From: Octopus vulgaris
Taxonomy: Eukaryota
Length of the DNA stretch: 64,000 nucleotides
NCBI GenBank assembly: GCA_951406725.2
Contig: CATOCA020000001.1
Location: 6,448,001 to 6,512,000, forward strand
Direction: 5' to 3'
Shown: piece by piece, positions 1 through 11,990 of the stretch
How the letters are laid out: each line of letters starts with the position of its first letter
Numbering within the stretch: position 1 is the first letter of the stretch
The notes under the pieces: model-generated
What the model was told of the DNA's origin: nothing
What the model saw: only the letters and a program-made list of their open reading frames with translations
Databases searched by the model: none
Translations under genes and position numbers: made by a program

Positions 1-103
1 TTTGGAGGCTATAGTAGAAGAGACCCAAGTTTGCCACGAGGTGGCACTGAACCTGAAACACTGTGGATAGTAAGCAACGTATTTACCACAACCACACCTG
101 CAC
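1..103 (-). mobile_element. tRNA-derived SINE head (family A), degenerate, cut by window edge
   Basis: Matches the 5' head of the fuller copies at 6563-6958 and 21368-21750 (ggctatagtagaag...gccacg...actgaacc...accacac..cctgc). Confidence 0.8.
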
Positions 104-116
104 TTATATGAGTGAG

Positions 117-147
<31 letters not shown>

Positions 148-340
148 GGAGAAAGAGAGACAGGGTGAGAGAGGAGGGGGAGCAAGTTATAAATTCTTGG
201 TATTAATAAAATACATCCCAAATTTCCCAGTTTAGACAAATTGAGGACACAACATAAACATAGTAATTATATCTTTAATTACTTCAAATTAGCTGTAATT
301 ATGCAATTTCAATGTGCTTTACTGCTCACAGGCTTAATTT

Positions 341-800
341 CAGCCTGTTCATATTTGAAAACTATTCTTTATTTCATTTACGGGATTATTATATATCTGG
401 AAAGGTATTATTACCCTCTCATCTCATTCATCATCTCACCTTGTATTCTCCCGTTTAGAGGTGCCATGATCAACTGCATTTTATATTTCATATATATTTA
501 GGGGAACAGGACAATCGAAGGAGACTTTTGGTATCGCTAAGCCTAACAGAAATAGCAGTTGACAAATATGCCAGGAAAAGATCGTTTGGAATTCGTATTA
601 AAGATTTAGGACGAGAAATAGGGAAAGGGTTAGAATATAAGTTGTAGCTATGGGTGAGATTTAAGGGATACATTATACAGGTTATGTTTACATACATATG
701 GAGAGAGTAAGAGAGAAGAATAATATGAATAATATTAATGTTGAAGTGGTGCCTTTTTAATATCCAATGATTAAAATAGAGAAATGTGAAAAGAAATGTG
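341..800. repeat. Dispersed repeat, copy 1 (paralogue of 5377-6130)
   Basis: cagcctgttcatatttgaaaactattc...gttgtagctatgggt is near-identical to 5377-5691, with weaker similarity continuing beyond. Confidence 0.85.
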
Positions 801-901
801 TAAATAAAATTAGAAGATAATCTTTACTTGTAATATATGTGGTATATTCATATGTGTGTGTGAATAAACAGAGAAATAAAGCGTTAGATGTGCGCATATA
901 T

Positions 902-940
<39 letters not shown>

Positions 941-943
<3 letters not shown>

Positions 944-1171
944 GTATACGTGTGTGAACATCTATTTGTATGCATTCATGTATGAATTTATGTACACTAA
1001 TTACACACACACACACACATATTTATAGTTAGGGGTGGACTGGTGGAGCGGTGGTGGTGATGTTTGAGATGACATCATTCTTACGGATGATGTCATCTCC
1101 AACACCATAAATTATTCTCTCAAAGCACTAGAATGCTGGCTAATATTACAAAAGATCGATAACTGTAATCA

Positions 1172-1218
<47 letters not shown>

Positions 1219-2222
1219 TGTGTGTGTGTGTATACACACACACATGTATATGCAGGTGTGTGTGTCTGTCTGTGTTGCTACAGAGATTAGAAAATGTAAA
1301 TGCATAGATATATTGACGTTAATGAATTCCTTTCTAAACGAAAAATTATTGAAGAAAGCTTATGATACTGAGCACGAAAGGAAAATTTACTATAATTAAA
1401 AGATCGCTGACGTAGACGTTGGCGAAATTTCAGCTCAGAATGTAGAAACAGACGAAATACCGCTATTCGATCCGTTAATTTCCCTCTTAACAGTTTTGAC
1501 ATATTTATAACCAAACTATATATTTCATTTTGTAAATGTAAATGAAACATTTTGCTCGTAATGTAACATTGTAAAAGGTAACATTTTCTTGTCTATATGC
1601 CCGGACATAGAACAATATAAAAGAATATTTATGCTTGAAATAGTTCAAATGGATGCTTTTACAATGTAAATATGTTAATTAAAATAATTAAAGCAACAAT
1701 ATTTACCTAGTTAAGATTAAGATGTCGAATTCAGCGTTGGGTGTTTGTGTCTCAGAAATTCAAGTTGTGCTCGTTCGAACAGTCAGCAAATTGTGAGGTT
1801 TCGATTTTATTACATACCCGGAAGTAGTTTATAGATAAGTGGGTGTTAACTTGGCATTTGTGTGTATATATGTGTGACACTTTGTTTAAATGTCTCTCTA
1901 CGCAATTATGCTGTAGTGTCCGTGTGTGTGTGTTGCCTTGTGTAAATATCTCTGTGTATGTATATTGTAGTGTGTGTCTGTGGGTGCGTATATTTGATTA
2001 CAGTTATCGATTTTTTGTAATGTTAGCCATTATTCTAGCGCCTTGAGCGAATAATTTATGGTGTTGGAGATGACATCATCCGTAAGGATGATGTCATCTC
2101 CAACATCACCACCACCGCTCCACCAGTCGACCCCTAACTATAAATATGTGTGTGTGTGTGTAATTAGTGTACATAAATTCATACATGAATGCATACAAAT
2201 AGATGTTCACACACGTATACGT
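941..2222. mobile_element. Fold-back/MITE-like element with ~235-bp inverted arms (941-1175 and 1989-2222), each containing a 20-bp hairpin
   Basis: Arms are reverse complements (tacgtatacgtgtgtgaacatc...aactgtaatcaa vs ttgattacagtt...gatgttcacacacgtatacgta); no coding capacity between them. Confidence 0.65.
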
Positions 2223-2389
2223 AGACACATACAAATATACTTACACAAACAGGTATCTCTGAAATATTTGAACAATATGATGTTAGAAAGATTTTTTCTA
2301 GACATAAAAGAATCGTATTTGATGCATTAAATAAATTAATACTTTAAACTAGGATTCTGTAGACAGATGTAGACATTTATATGCACACA

Positions 2390-2425
<36 letters not shown>

Positions 2426-2524
2426 TGTAACGGTTAAGGATTTTATTTTTGGTATAGTTACCAATTCTAACGGGTAAGGAATACAACCCAGTTGTACAAA
2501 CGTGGATCATTCCATTTTCTTTAA

Positions 2525-2704
2525 AGGCGGTGAGCTGGCAAAAATGTTAGCACGCCGGGCGAAATGCGTAGCCGTATTTCGTCTGCCATTACGTTCTGAG
2601 TTCACATTCGGCCGAGGTGCAACTTTGCCCTTCATCCTTTCAGGGTCGATAAATTAAGTACCAGTTACGCACTGGGGTCGATGTAAACAACTTAATCCGT
2701 TTGT
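2525..2704 (+). mobile_element. tRNA-derived SINE (family B, Meta-domain-like core), 3'-truncated
   Basis: ggcggtgagctggc head, gagttcacattc B-box-like, core ccttcatcctttcagggtcgataaattaagtaccag; fuller reverse copy at 23628-23858. Confidence 0.8.
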
Positions 2705-3444
2705 GCGTTGTTAAAAATAACATTGTTAAGGGTAAGATTGATTGGTAAACATTATTATGAAAATATCGGAGTCCGCAGATGCAACGATTAAAAATTTGTT
2801 GTTCTAATCGCATACCGTAGGATGTGAAAGATGAACAATGCAGGAAGTTTTAAGGAAATCTTTATTTACCGTTACGTTACAATACCTTGCCTCGATGAAC
2901 AGGTTATAATAGATCAAAAAGCATGCGAAGTAAAGTTTGATGGGGTAGACCGCTTCTTTACATAGTTTGGCGTATACGAATAGTTAGTAGTAATCCGCAG
3001 ATAGCGACAGAAGGATGTTGTAAGAGAAGAGAATTAGAGCTGGTGAGATGTGTAGGGTATGGGACGTTGTCTCACAGTTGCTGACAGTAAACTTCATTTC
3101 TTCCTCTGACCAAGGCTGGTCAGCCAGACCTCATTGAGTCGTCACCGACTGTGACTAACTGATTTTTGCTTGGGGTATTTTTGCCGAGGGATAGACATAC
3201 CATTGAGAACAATATATTTAGTTGGTGGTCTTGTTATTTCTATACTAGCTTTTGTTGATGTAGAATAGGTTAGAAAAAGTCAAGGGAGAAGATATTATTT
3301 CGGCCGAGCGAAAGGGCATCTGGAAAATGTAAAAACTGCTGTTAGAGAAAAACCATTGTTTCACCGTGGGAAAAGTTCTGCTGCAGTTTTAATTTAAATT
3401 TGACTGTGATGGATCGAAACCACTTCATGCTTGCAAGATCCACT

Positions 3445-3518
<74 letters not shown>

Positions 3519-3559
3519 ACGGCTGACCACCGAGTGGTTTTTGCCCTTTAAATATACAA

Positions 3560-3604
<45 letters not shown>

Positions 3605-4479
3605 GAGTGAGATAAATAGACAGATAGAGGGACAGATAGATAGAGAGAGCGAGAAAGAGAGACAGACAGACATAGAAGCATAGGGAGATAGAGATATGAA
3701 GAAAGAGAGAGACAAGCTTTCAATTTGGAATATAATTGTCATCACATATCAGTATATTGTACTTCTATACATTTAGATATCTTTATATCTATTTATCGAA
3801 GCGGATGCCTGTGAAAATGCAGTGATCTGGCAGAATGATTGTCACGATGGTCGAAAATGCTTAGTGACATTTCATCCAACTGTTTTTAGTCCCAGATATC
3901 GTGATCACTTGTAGAGTTTGAATGAAAGATTTCTATTCTTTCCCCAATATTCCACATTTGGACATGATTTTGCTCCAGGCGGGTCGGTATGTATTCTGTT
4001 GCTACAATAATAACAGGTTTGCAGCTGGAATGTGTATTTTGGGTAATGGCCTTGCAAATTCCTTATCAATGGTCAATAAACGTCCTCTTTTTCTTACATT
4101 TTTCTAACCACATTGGTGTCGGGAGGTCAGTTGATTTCGATAACCTAACATATATTTTCCTTGTGGTCCTACACAACAATATCTGTCCGTTTCTGTTTTT
4201 AACTTGATGACTTAAGTTTTAATTTCTGCTTGACTGCCTGTATGATTGTTTGTCTGTCTGTCCGGTTTGTTTCTCTGTGATATGACTGTGCATATCCGGT
4301 GGTGCTGCGTGGTGAGAAAACGGACATCAGACCAACACTTACAAAGGTGGGTGTAATAAGATGAGGCACTGAACAAGGTCGACTCTGGCACAGTGGAAAA
4401 CTAATGCACGGGGACAGAAGTATGTAGAGGAGCGTGATGGTTGGCACTGATTCCCCTTGTAAATATACATAATGATATA

Positions 4480-5240
4480 TGCGCATGGTATCGATAAGGT
4501 TATGTATACTTTTCGATGCCTCATAACTTAATGGAAAAAAATTAATAGAGCGCATATCGATGTGCAATTCACTAATCAGACGAAACAAAGATTATCCATT
4601 TCTGAAACGAATGATCACGTGTGATTATTTACAACATAAAATGGAAAAGCTCCTGGCGAAAGCGATATGAGCCGTCTTCTATCTCTCCAAAAGCTGGTCT
4701 GTATCCGTAGAAGGTGATGTCCTGTATCTGCTGAGCCTGAAAGGGCATTGTTTATTATGAGCTACTTCCATGAAGTCAGTCATTAAAATTCAAACTATTA
4801 TTGTCCCCGATTTCATCAATTGAAGGATGTAACTTATGAAAAACGTCCAGAACTGACTTACCGAAAGGACAACGCTAGACTGTACATTTCTTTGCAGACT
4901 CAGCAGAAATTGGTGCAGCTTGGGTGGGATGTCTTACCCCCACACCGTACTAACCTGACCTTGCACGTTCGGATTATCATTTATTGGGATCCTTGCAGAA
5001 TTCTCTTAATGGGAAGAACTTTGATTGTTTAAAAGAGTGTAGAAGCCACTTAGACAAGTTAATGACCCAGAAAGATACCAAGTTCTGGAAGGACAGGGTC
5101 ATGAAGCTGCCTCAAAGATGGCGAAAGATAGGGGAACAAAATGGGAAATATTTGGTTTGAGTAAAGCTATGCACGGCAATCTAAAGACTATTAAAAAATT
5201 TTACTTACAAAATGCTAGAAAGTTTTTTGCAAACCGAACA
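4480..5240 (+). mobile_element. Decayed mariner (Tc1/mariner) transposase fragment
   Basis: Piecewise translation with stops/frameshifts: MPHNL..ERISMCNSLIRRNKDYPFLKRMITCD, GIVYYELLP, DNAR, LGWDVLP, PY*PDLARSDYHL, matching mariner WVPHEL, ITGDE, HDNARPH and YSPDLAPSDY motifs. Confidence 0.9.
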
Positions 5241-5376
5241 AACACAGACATACATAATATAACGGTATTCATGACACACACACACACATATATATATATA
5301 CACACATACACAAATACACACACATACACAAACACATACACATACAAATACACACACATACTCACATACATACACA

Positions 5377-5983
5377 CAGCCTGTTCATATTTGAAAACTA
5401 TTCTTTATTTCATTTACGGGATTATTATATATCCGGAAAGGCATTATTACCCTCTCATCTCATTCATCATCTCACCTTGTATTCTCCCATTTAGAGGTGC
5501 CATAATCAACTGCATTTTATATTTCATTTATATTTAGGGGAACAGGACAATCGAAGGAGACTTTTGGTATCGCTAAGCCTAACAGAAATAGCAGTTGACA
5601 AATATGCCAGGAAAAGATCGTTTGGAATTCGTATGAAAGATTTAGGACGAGAAATAGGGAAAGGGTTAGAATATAAGTTGTAGCTATGGGTATTCTCACA
5701 TTTACAGGTTCCATAATCAACTGCATTTGAAACTTATTTTAATAAAGTTTAGGGGAACAGGACAAACGAAGGGACATTTGATATGGCTAAACCTAAAGAA
5801 ACAGCAGTTGACAAATGTATCAGGAAAAATTCTTTTATTAGGGATTCAGAACGAGAGAAGGGTTTAAAAGAGAGGCCAAGTGTTTGAGTTTTTAGGTTAG
5901 GGTTTAAGTTGTAGGTATTGGTTAGGTTTAAGGGTTACGGTATACAGGTTATGTTTAGAAATACGTGGGGAAACTGAGAGAGA

Positions 5984-6023
<40 letters not shown>

Positions 6024-6130
6024 GTGAACATATGAGAAAAAAAATAAGGTTTTTTAAAAATAAAAAATAAAGTATTTTTGTAATATCCAATGAGTAAAAT
6101 GTAGAATTGTGAAACGAATTGTGTGAATAA
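5377..6130. repeat. Dispersed repeat, copy 2, with an internal diverged tandem re-duplication (~5705-5830)
   Basis: Near-identical to 341-655; ccataatcaactgcattt...ttaggggaacaggacaa..gaagg occurs twice in tandem. Confidence 0.8.
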
Positions 6131-6261
6131 GATACAGCTTTTCTTCCACCCCCCCCATATATATATATACACATATATATATATACACATATATGTATAT
6201 ATGTATGTATGCATGTATATAGTATATGTATGTGTGTGTGTTTATATATAGGTATGTATGT

Positions 6262-6505
6262 ATACTCTTTTACTTGACCGCGGCCATGATGGAGCGGTGT
6301 CTTTTGGTGAAACAAATCGACACCAGAAATTATTCTGTACTGGTGCAGTACTTATTTTATCGGTTCCTTTTGTCGAACCGCTAATTTACGGGGACACAAA
6401 CACACCAACATCGGTTGCCAAGCGATGATGTGAGGACAAACACAGACACACAAACAAGGATTTGGTCATCCCGAGGCTATAGTAGAAGAGTTTTGGCCAA
6501 ATTGA
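6262..6505 (-). mobile_element. SINE family A, degenerate, internally deleted copy
   Basis: tactcttttactt..cggccatg..gaaccgctaa..acaccaacatcggttg..gaggctatagtagaag. Confidence 0.75.
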
Positions 6506-6518
6506 ACCCCGAACCATA

Positions 6519-6562
<44 letters not shown>

Positions 6563-6564
<2 letters not shown>

Positions 6565-6958
6565 CTCTTTTACTCCTTTACTCTTTTACATGTTTCAGTC
6601 ATTTGATTGTGCCATGCTGGAGCACCGCCTTTAGTCGAGCAAATCGACCCCGGGACTTATTCTTTGTAAGCCCAGTACTTATTCTATCGGTCTCTTTTGC
6701 TGAACCGCTAAGTGACGGGGACGTAAACACACCAGCATCGGTTGTCAAGCAATGCTAGCGGGACAAACACAGACACACAAGCATATACATATATACAACA
6801 GGCTTCTTTCGGTTTCCGTCTATCAAATCCACTCACAAGGCATTGGTCGGCCCGGGGCTATAGCAGAAGACACTTGCCCAAGATGCCACGCAGTGGGACT
6901 GAACCCGGAACCATGTGGTTGGTTAGCAAGCTATTTACCACACAGCCACTCCTGCGCC
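6563..6958 (-). mobile_element. tRNA-derived SINE family A, full length (~395 bp)
   Basis: Minus strand starts ggcgcaggagtggctgtgtgg (A box), ggttcagtccc (B box), central CA-rich spacer, LINE-like 3' tail ending in (aaagagta)-type repeats. Confidence 0.9.
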
Positions 6959-6975
6959 TATATATATATATATAT

Positions 6976-8000
6976 TGTTACGGAATCCCCCGAAAGCTGC
7001 TACAGAATCCCACCTGCCGTCGCTCGAACTCGAACCCGGGATCCCAACAACAACAGCAGCAGGAAGAGACACAGAGGCAATCGGCTTGCATTTAACTTAC
7101 TAGTTTATAACACTTTATAATTGTTACAACATCAAATAAATCAAGATACATATCAGGTACATCAAAGAGGAAATACATGCAAGAACAACACCTCAAAGCA
7201 TTCGGATACAATAACGGTTCAGATTGATGCAATATACAGTCCGGAGACAACAGTTCTGTTTCAAATCACATTAACGTTACAGTTCAGAGGACAATTAACA
7301 CATATACGTTCAATGTTCATTAAATTCTTTTCAGACAACAACAGAGTCTTTCTTGTCTTTTTCCTTCTTTCTCTTTTTTTTGTAACACGTATCAATACAA
7401 TTCTTTTTACATAATTCACATATCAACACAATTCACAATGTTCGATTGTTTAACATAATGTCTTTATACTGTCTCATTTCTTTTCACATTAAGTCATTAA
7501 CACATCAACAAGTCCTTTACTCCGCACAACAACTCTTTTACATTTCCTTAATTCACAATGTCTTTATACATTTCTTTAGCCTTTTCTTTATAACACATTA
7601 ACAATATAAACAAAACATATACCGTAAGTTCTTCGTTTACAAACTCTCACTACAAATAGCCATGCCTTCTCGCCGTAATCTCTCCCAGTCCCTTAATCTT
7701 CTCTGTCTGTCTTCCTCTGCCACAGCAGAACAAACCATTACTAACTCGCTGTATCATCCCAACTGTTGCCTGTCTCTCACAAACTCCCAACTGCCGACTG
7801 CTTGCCTTGAATCCCAAATGCCGACTGCCTCTCACAAACTGAACTGCTCACTTAAAGGGGTAGCCCTCAAATGAACCTTAATTCACCTGAAAGGGTCGGG
7901 GGGTTTCCCCAGAGCTAATTATCAACCCGCATCTGGCAGAACAATGGATTCATTCCCAAAAGTAGGTCGCCAGCTCTGTCCTTAAGTTGAACTCACAACA
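6976..8000. mobile_element. Candidate solo LTR (1025 bp) inserted in (TA)n
   Basis: Unique-complexity block bounded by TGTT...AACA, flanked by ATAT on both sides; no long ORF. Confidence 0.55.
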
Positions 8001-8508
<508 letters not shown>

Positions 8509-8583
8509 AATCCTTAAATCCTTAAAAATGTTTTAGCCCGAAGGCCGCGGCCATGCTGGGGCACCACCGCTGAATGAGCTACA

Positions 8584-10605
8584 CTAGTTTGTGAATCCAC
8601 CTCTGATACGTGGCACTTGATCAACAAGGGAGTTCGATGCTGCTGCCCGCATCCGTGTCTCCTGTCGTGAGGTAGGTTCATCTGGGACTCCCAACAAGAA
8701 GAGATCCAGTTTAGTTTTAAAGAAACCCACATCCACACCATGTAAGTCTCTCAGGCATTTAGGGAGGATGTTAAAGAGCTGTGGTCCTCTGAAACCCAAG
8801 CTGTTGCAGTATCTGGACCTGTATTTTGATGGTGATGTTGGAATCCTTGGCACCACGCAGCGGCGCCCCGTTCTGCGGTTGGAGTAACTTTGAATGCCAA
8901 AGTTTGGGACAAGACCCTCCAGGATTTTCCAGATGTATATCACTGCATATCTCTCCCGCCTCCGCTCCAGGGAGAAGAGGTTTAATACCTTCAGTCTTTC
9001 CCAGTAGCTGACATTTTGCATTGAGACGATTTTCTTTGTGTAGCTTCTCTGAGTTGCTTCGAGTTCTGCTGTTTGTTTTATATTGTGTGGTGACCAAAGT
9101 TGGGAGCAGTAGTCCAAGCGGCTGAGGACAAATGTTTTCCATAGGACCATCAGTGTCTCCTTCTCTCTTGTTCTGAAAGTTCGGAGAATCCATCCAGCTA
9201 GCCGTCTGCATTTTATCACCAGATTAGCAATATGCATTTGGAAAGATGCATCATTGCTCATGTCAATGCCCAGGTCACGCACTGATTTTGACTCAGGGAT
9301 TGCAATTCTTCCTGGGCCAGTGTATCCAGTCTTCACGTCATTTACCTTTGTGTGCCAGTAGCGCAGGGCCTGGAACTTACCTGCATTAAACTGCATGTTG
9401 TTGTCCTCAGCCCACCTGTATATTGTGTCCAGCTCATGTTGCAGATGCGCAATATTTTCAGGGTTTTGTATTGCGTGGGAGACTTTTGTGTCATCTGCAT
9501 AGCTAGCAAGGGTGGTCATCGTAGCAACTGAAGGCATGTCTGAAAGGGCCACTATGAACATCAGTGGCCCCAAGACAGTGCCCTGTGGGACACCGCTTGT
9601 TATTTGCGTTTCCCTGGAGGTGGCTCCATTGCTCACAACTGCCTGTTTTCTGTCTTTTAGGAAGTTGTGCAGCCACTCTCCAAGTTTCCCGCCTATGCCG
9701 AGACCACGCAGTTTGTGACAGATCATACCATGGTCGACTTTATCAAAGGCTTTTGCAAAGTCAAGATATATTACATCCACATTTGAGCCATTTAGTAGCT
9801 GTTTCAACACCCAGTCATAGTGTTGCAGGAGCTGTGTTAGGCAGCCTCTACCTGGTCGAAATCCATGCTGGGTGTCAGACAGTAAGTCATTTTCTTCAAG
9901 GAACATGATTAGTTTCTTGCGGACTATTCGTTCCATGACTTTGCTGATGTGTGAGGTCAGAGAGATAGGCCTATAATTTTTAGCATCTGCTCTGCTACCT
10001 CCCTTATGGATAGGGCATATTACCCCCTCTTTCAGTTTGACTGGGAGCTTACCACTTGCAAGAAAGCTCTGAAAAAGAAGCTGTAGCGGTTTTGCAAGGG
10101 CTCGTTTGCACGATTTGAGAAGGATCGCTGGGAATCCATCAGGTCCAGCAGCTGAGTTTGTGTCAATCTCATCAATGGCTAGTGTGATATCATCTTCTTC
10201 GATGTTGATGTACTCAATTTTTGTCTCTTTGGCCGCTGGTAAAGTGGCAAAGAATTCTTCTGGGTTGTTTACTTGCCTGTGTCCTAGAGGTGTAGTGAAC
10301 ACACTTTGGAACTGTTCGTTCAGTATTTCACTTATCCTCGTGGGATTTCCTGTGAGAGAGCCATCTTTTTGGAAGAGAGGTCCTATTCTCTGGTGCACTG
10401 TGGCTGTCTCTTTGGCAAACTTAAAGAAAGCTTTAGGGTTTGATTTTATATTTTCTATTACCCAAGCTTCTTTATCTGCTCTCTCCTTTTCATGGGACTG
10501 ATGTAGACTTTTCTCAGTTTCCATTAGCATTCTTTCGAGCCGAGACTTCTCACCACTTTTGGTGTGCTTGCTCAGGCGGTTTGCAATCCTTGTCCGTCGT
10601 CTCAT
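8584..10605 (-). CDS. LINE ORF2 reverse transcriptase portion (673 aa)
   Basis: NYRPISLTS, QHGFR, YLDFAKAFDKVDH, SGVPQGTVLGPLMF, YADD, SRLDYCSQLWSP. Confidence 0.95.
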   Translation of the reverse strand: MRRRTRIANRLSKHTKSGEKSRLERMLMETEKSLHQSHEKERADKEAWVIENIKSNPKAFFKFAKETATVHQRIGPLFQKDGSLTGNPTRISEILNEQFQSVFTTPLGHRQVNNPEEFFATLPAAKETKIEYINIEEDDITLAIDEIDTNSAAGPDGFPAILLKSCKRALAKPLQLLFQSFLASGKLPVKLKEGVICPIHKGGSRADAKNYRPISLTSHISKVMERIVRKKLIMFLEENDLLSDTQHGFRPGRGCLTQLLQHYDWVLKQLLNGSNVDVIYLDFAKAFDKVDHGMICHKLRGLGIGGKLGEWLHNFLKDRKQAVVSNGATSRETQITSGVPQGTVLGPLMFIVALSDMPSVATMTTLASYADDTKVSHAIQNPENIAHLQHELDTIYRWAEDNNMQFNAGKFQALRYWHTKVNDVKTGYTGPGRIAIPESKSVRDLGIDMSNDASFQMHIANLVIKCRRLAGWILRTFRTREKETLMVLWKTFVLSRLDYCSQLWSPHNIKQTAELEATQRSYTKKIVSMQNVSYWERLKVLNLFSLERRRERYAVIYIWKILEGLVPNFGIQSYSNRRTGRRCVVPRIPTSPSKYRSRYCNSLGFRGPQLFNILPKCLRDLHGVDVGFFKTKLDLFLLGVPDEPTSRQETRMRAAASNSLVDQVPRIRGGFTN

Positions 10606-11425
10606 AAGAATCCTCCTTCTCTAGGGATCCTGTTTTTATTCTTGTGTGTGCTGGCCCTGCACATTGGGACATATTTGTCACATATGGCTTGTATTATGGA
10701 CATGAAGTGTTTGTGTTTCATGTTTATGTCCGGTGTGGAGAGACATTCAGGCCAATCCTGTTTGAGGATCTCTTTCTCAATCGACTTCCAGTTGGCTTTA
10801 TGAAAGTTTAAGTTGGAGAGATGGTGGGTGCTTCGTATAGGCTGTGTGTCTGCGGGGGCTTTTGTTCCATACATAGACAGCTCTATTATGTTGTGATCCG
10901 AGATCATTGTCGGCATCACATTAACATTATGGATAATATCCATATTGTTTGTAAAGCAGAGATCCAGTATATTATCTGCCCTTGTTGGTTGCAGAACTAT
11001 TTGCTCCATGAAAGAGGTATTTGTGAGATGGAGCAGGGACTCCACCTGTGCCTGCTGATGGTGTGTCATCCCTGGGAGCATCTGCCCCCAAGGCCATTCC
11101 ACATTGGGGAGGTTAAAGTCACCCATGAAGAATACACTGTTGTGCTGTTCAAGGTTGGTGAGGACTTCTCCTATTTTTGTTAGGCAGTCTTCAAACATGC
11201 CTGAGTGTTTTGGGGCGTCTGGTGGGCGATATGTAGTGCATATGACGATATTCAGTTGTCTTATGTGTACAATTTGAGTTTCACATACTGAGTTTGAATA
11301 TGACAGCAGGACCTGGGGCGTGAGGTCATCTCGGATGTACATTGCAACTCCACCATGGCTCCTCCCTTTTCTATCTGTGCGTATGACTGCATATTGCGGC
11401 ATGTGTATTTCTGCATCACCTATAT
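10602..11425 (-). CDS. LINE ORF2 apurinic-like endonuclease portion, frameshifted from the RT part
   Basis: GGVAMYIR, YRPP, MGDFNLP, PTR..NILDL, SDHN motifs; the listed ORF start at 11456 lies in unrelated flanking sequence. Confidence 0.9.
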
Positions 11426-11597
11426 CGGGAGAGTTTACGAAAAAAACAAAAGACAAAGACAGGTGGTGTAGAAAACAAACAGATGTATTAGTATAACGCT
11501 TAGGAATAAAAAAAAAGTGTTTTACGTTTCGAGCCTACGCTCTTCTACAGAAAGGGAGACAGAAAAAAAGGAGAGAAACAAGGGGAGAAAAAATGTG
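11426..11597. mobile_element. Short non-coding repeat, probably Penelope-like terminal fragment; inverse paralogue of 18780-18952
   Basis: gagagtttacgaaaaaaacaaaagac..ggtggtgtagaaaacaaacagatgtattagtataac..tttcgagcctacgctcttc is the reverse complement of 18830-18950. Confidence 0.55.
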
Positions 11598-11639
11598 AGG
11601 CGCAGGAGTGGCTGAAATCAAATGGATTTATGGATTTCA

Positions 11640-11990
11640 TCAGATAATTGCTTTTTCCCATTGTAACTTATATCAACACTGGTTACTCCCTCCACTTTAA
11701 TGGCGCTTTTCTCTGAAGCATATGTATATTACGTTGTAAGATCGGGTTAGTAGTATTGCTATTCCTAAGCGAAATAAGAAAATATGTATCGCAAATGACA
11801 ATAATGTGGTTGATCTGTTCAGTCTTGCTTTTGTACGGCCTACATTTGTTGTGTGTCAGTGTGTTTTGCCTTCTATTCTGTAGGTAGTTGGCGGAGATGT
11901 CTTGATTTTGAATTGCAAGGAGATAGCTTTCAAAGTGGGATGTCATAAATTAATCGCTCCTCCATGCCTAACTTCTGACATGATCAATCC
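11640..11990 (-). pseudogene. Fragment of an RLE-type non-LTR retrotransposon (R4/Dong/NeSL-like), zinc-knuckle region
   Basis: FESYLLAIQNQDI..NY..CRPY..TEQINHIIVIC resembles the E-x-x-L-x-A-x-Q-D-Q...CRxC...ET..HI...C block upstream of RLE endonucleases. Confidence 0.7.

Larger units (their letters stand above)
8509..11425 (-). mobile_element. CR1-clade LINE, 5'-truncated inside the endonuclease domain, 3' end intact with (TTTAAGGA)n tail
   Basis: Contiguous APE + RT coding sequence, very short 3' UTR, tandem-repeat tail at 8509-8526. Confidence 0.9.

Noticed and set aside
2705-3340. Possible LTR interrupting the SINE at 2525
   Set aside because: No convincing TG..CA termini or target duplication could be located
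3900-4200. Minus-strand IIVATEYIPTR resembling a LINE endonuclease strand
   Set aside because: Single weak motif with no supporting GDFN/SDH motifs
5893-5940. Telomere-like ttaggg sequence
   Set aside because: Only one or two imperfect units inside a dispersed repeat
6880-6958. tRNA gene suggested by A/B boxes
   Set aside because: It is the head of a multi-copy SINE; no complete cloverleaf could be drawn
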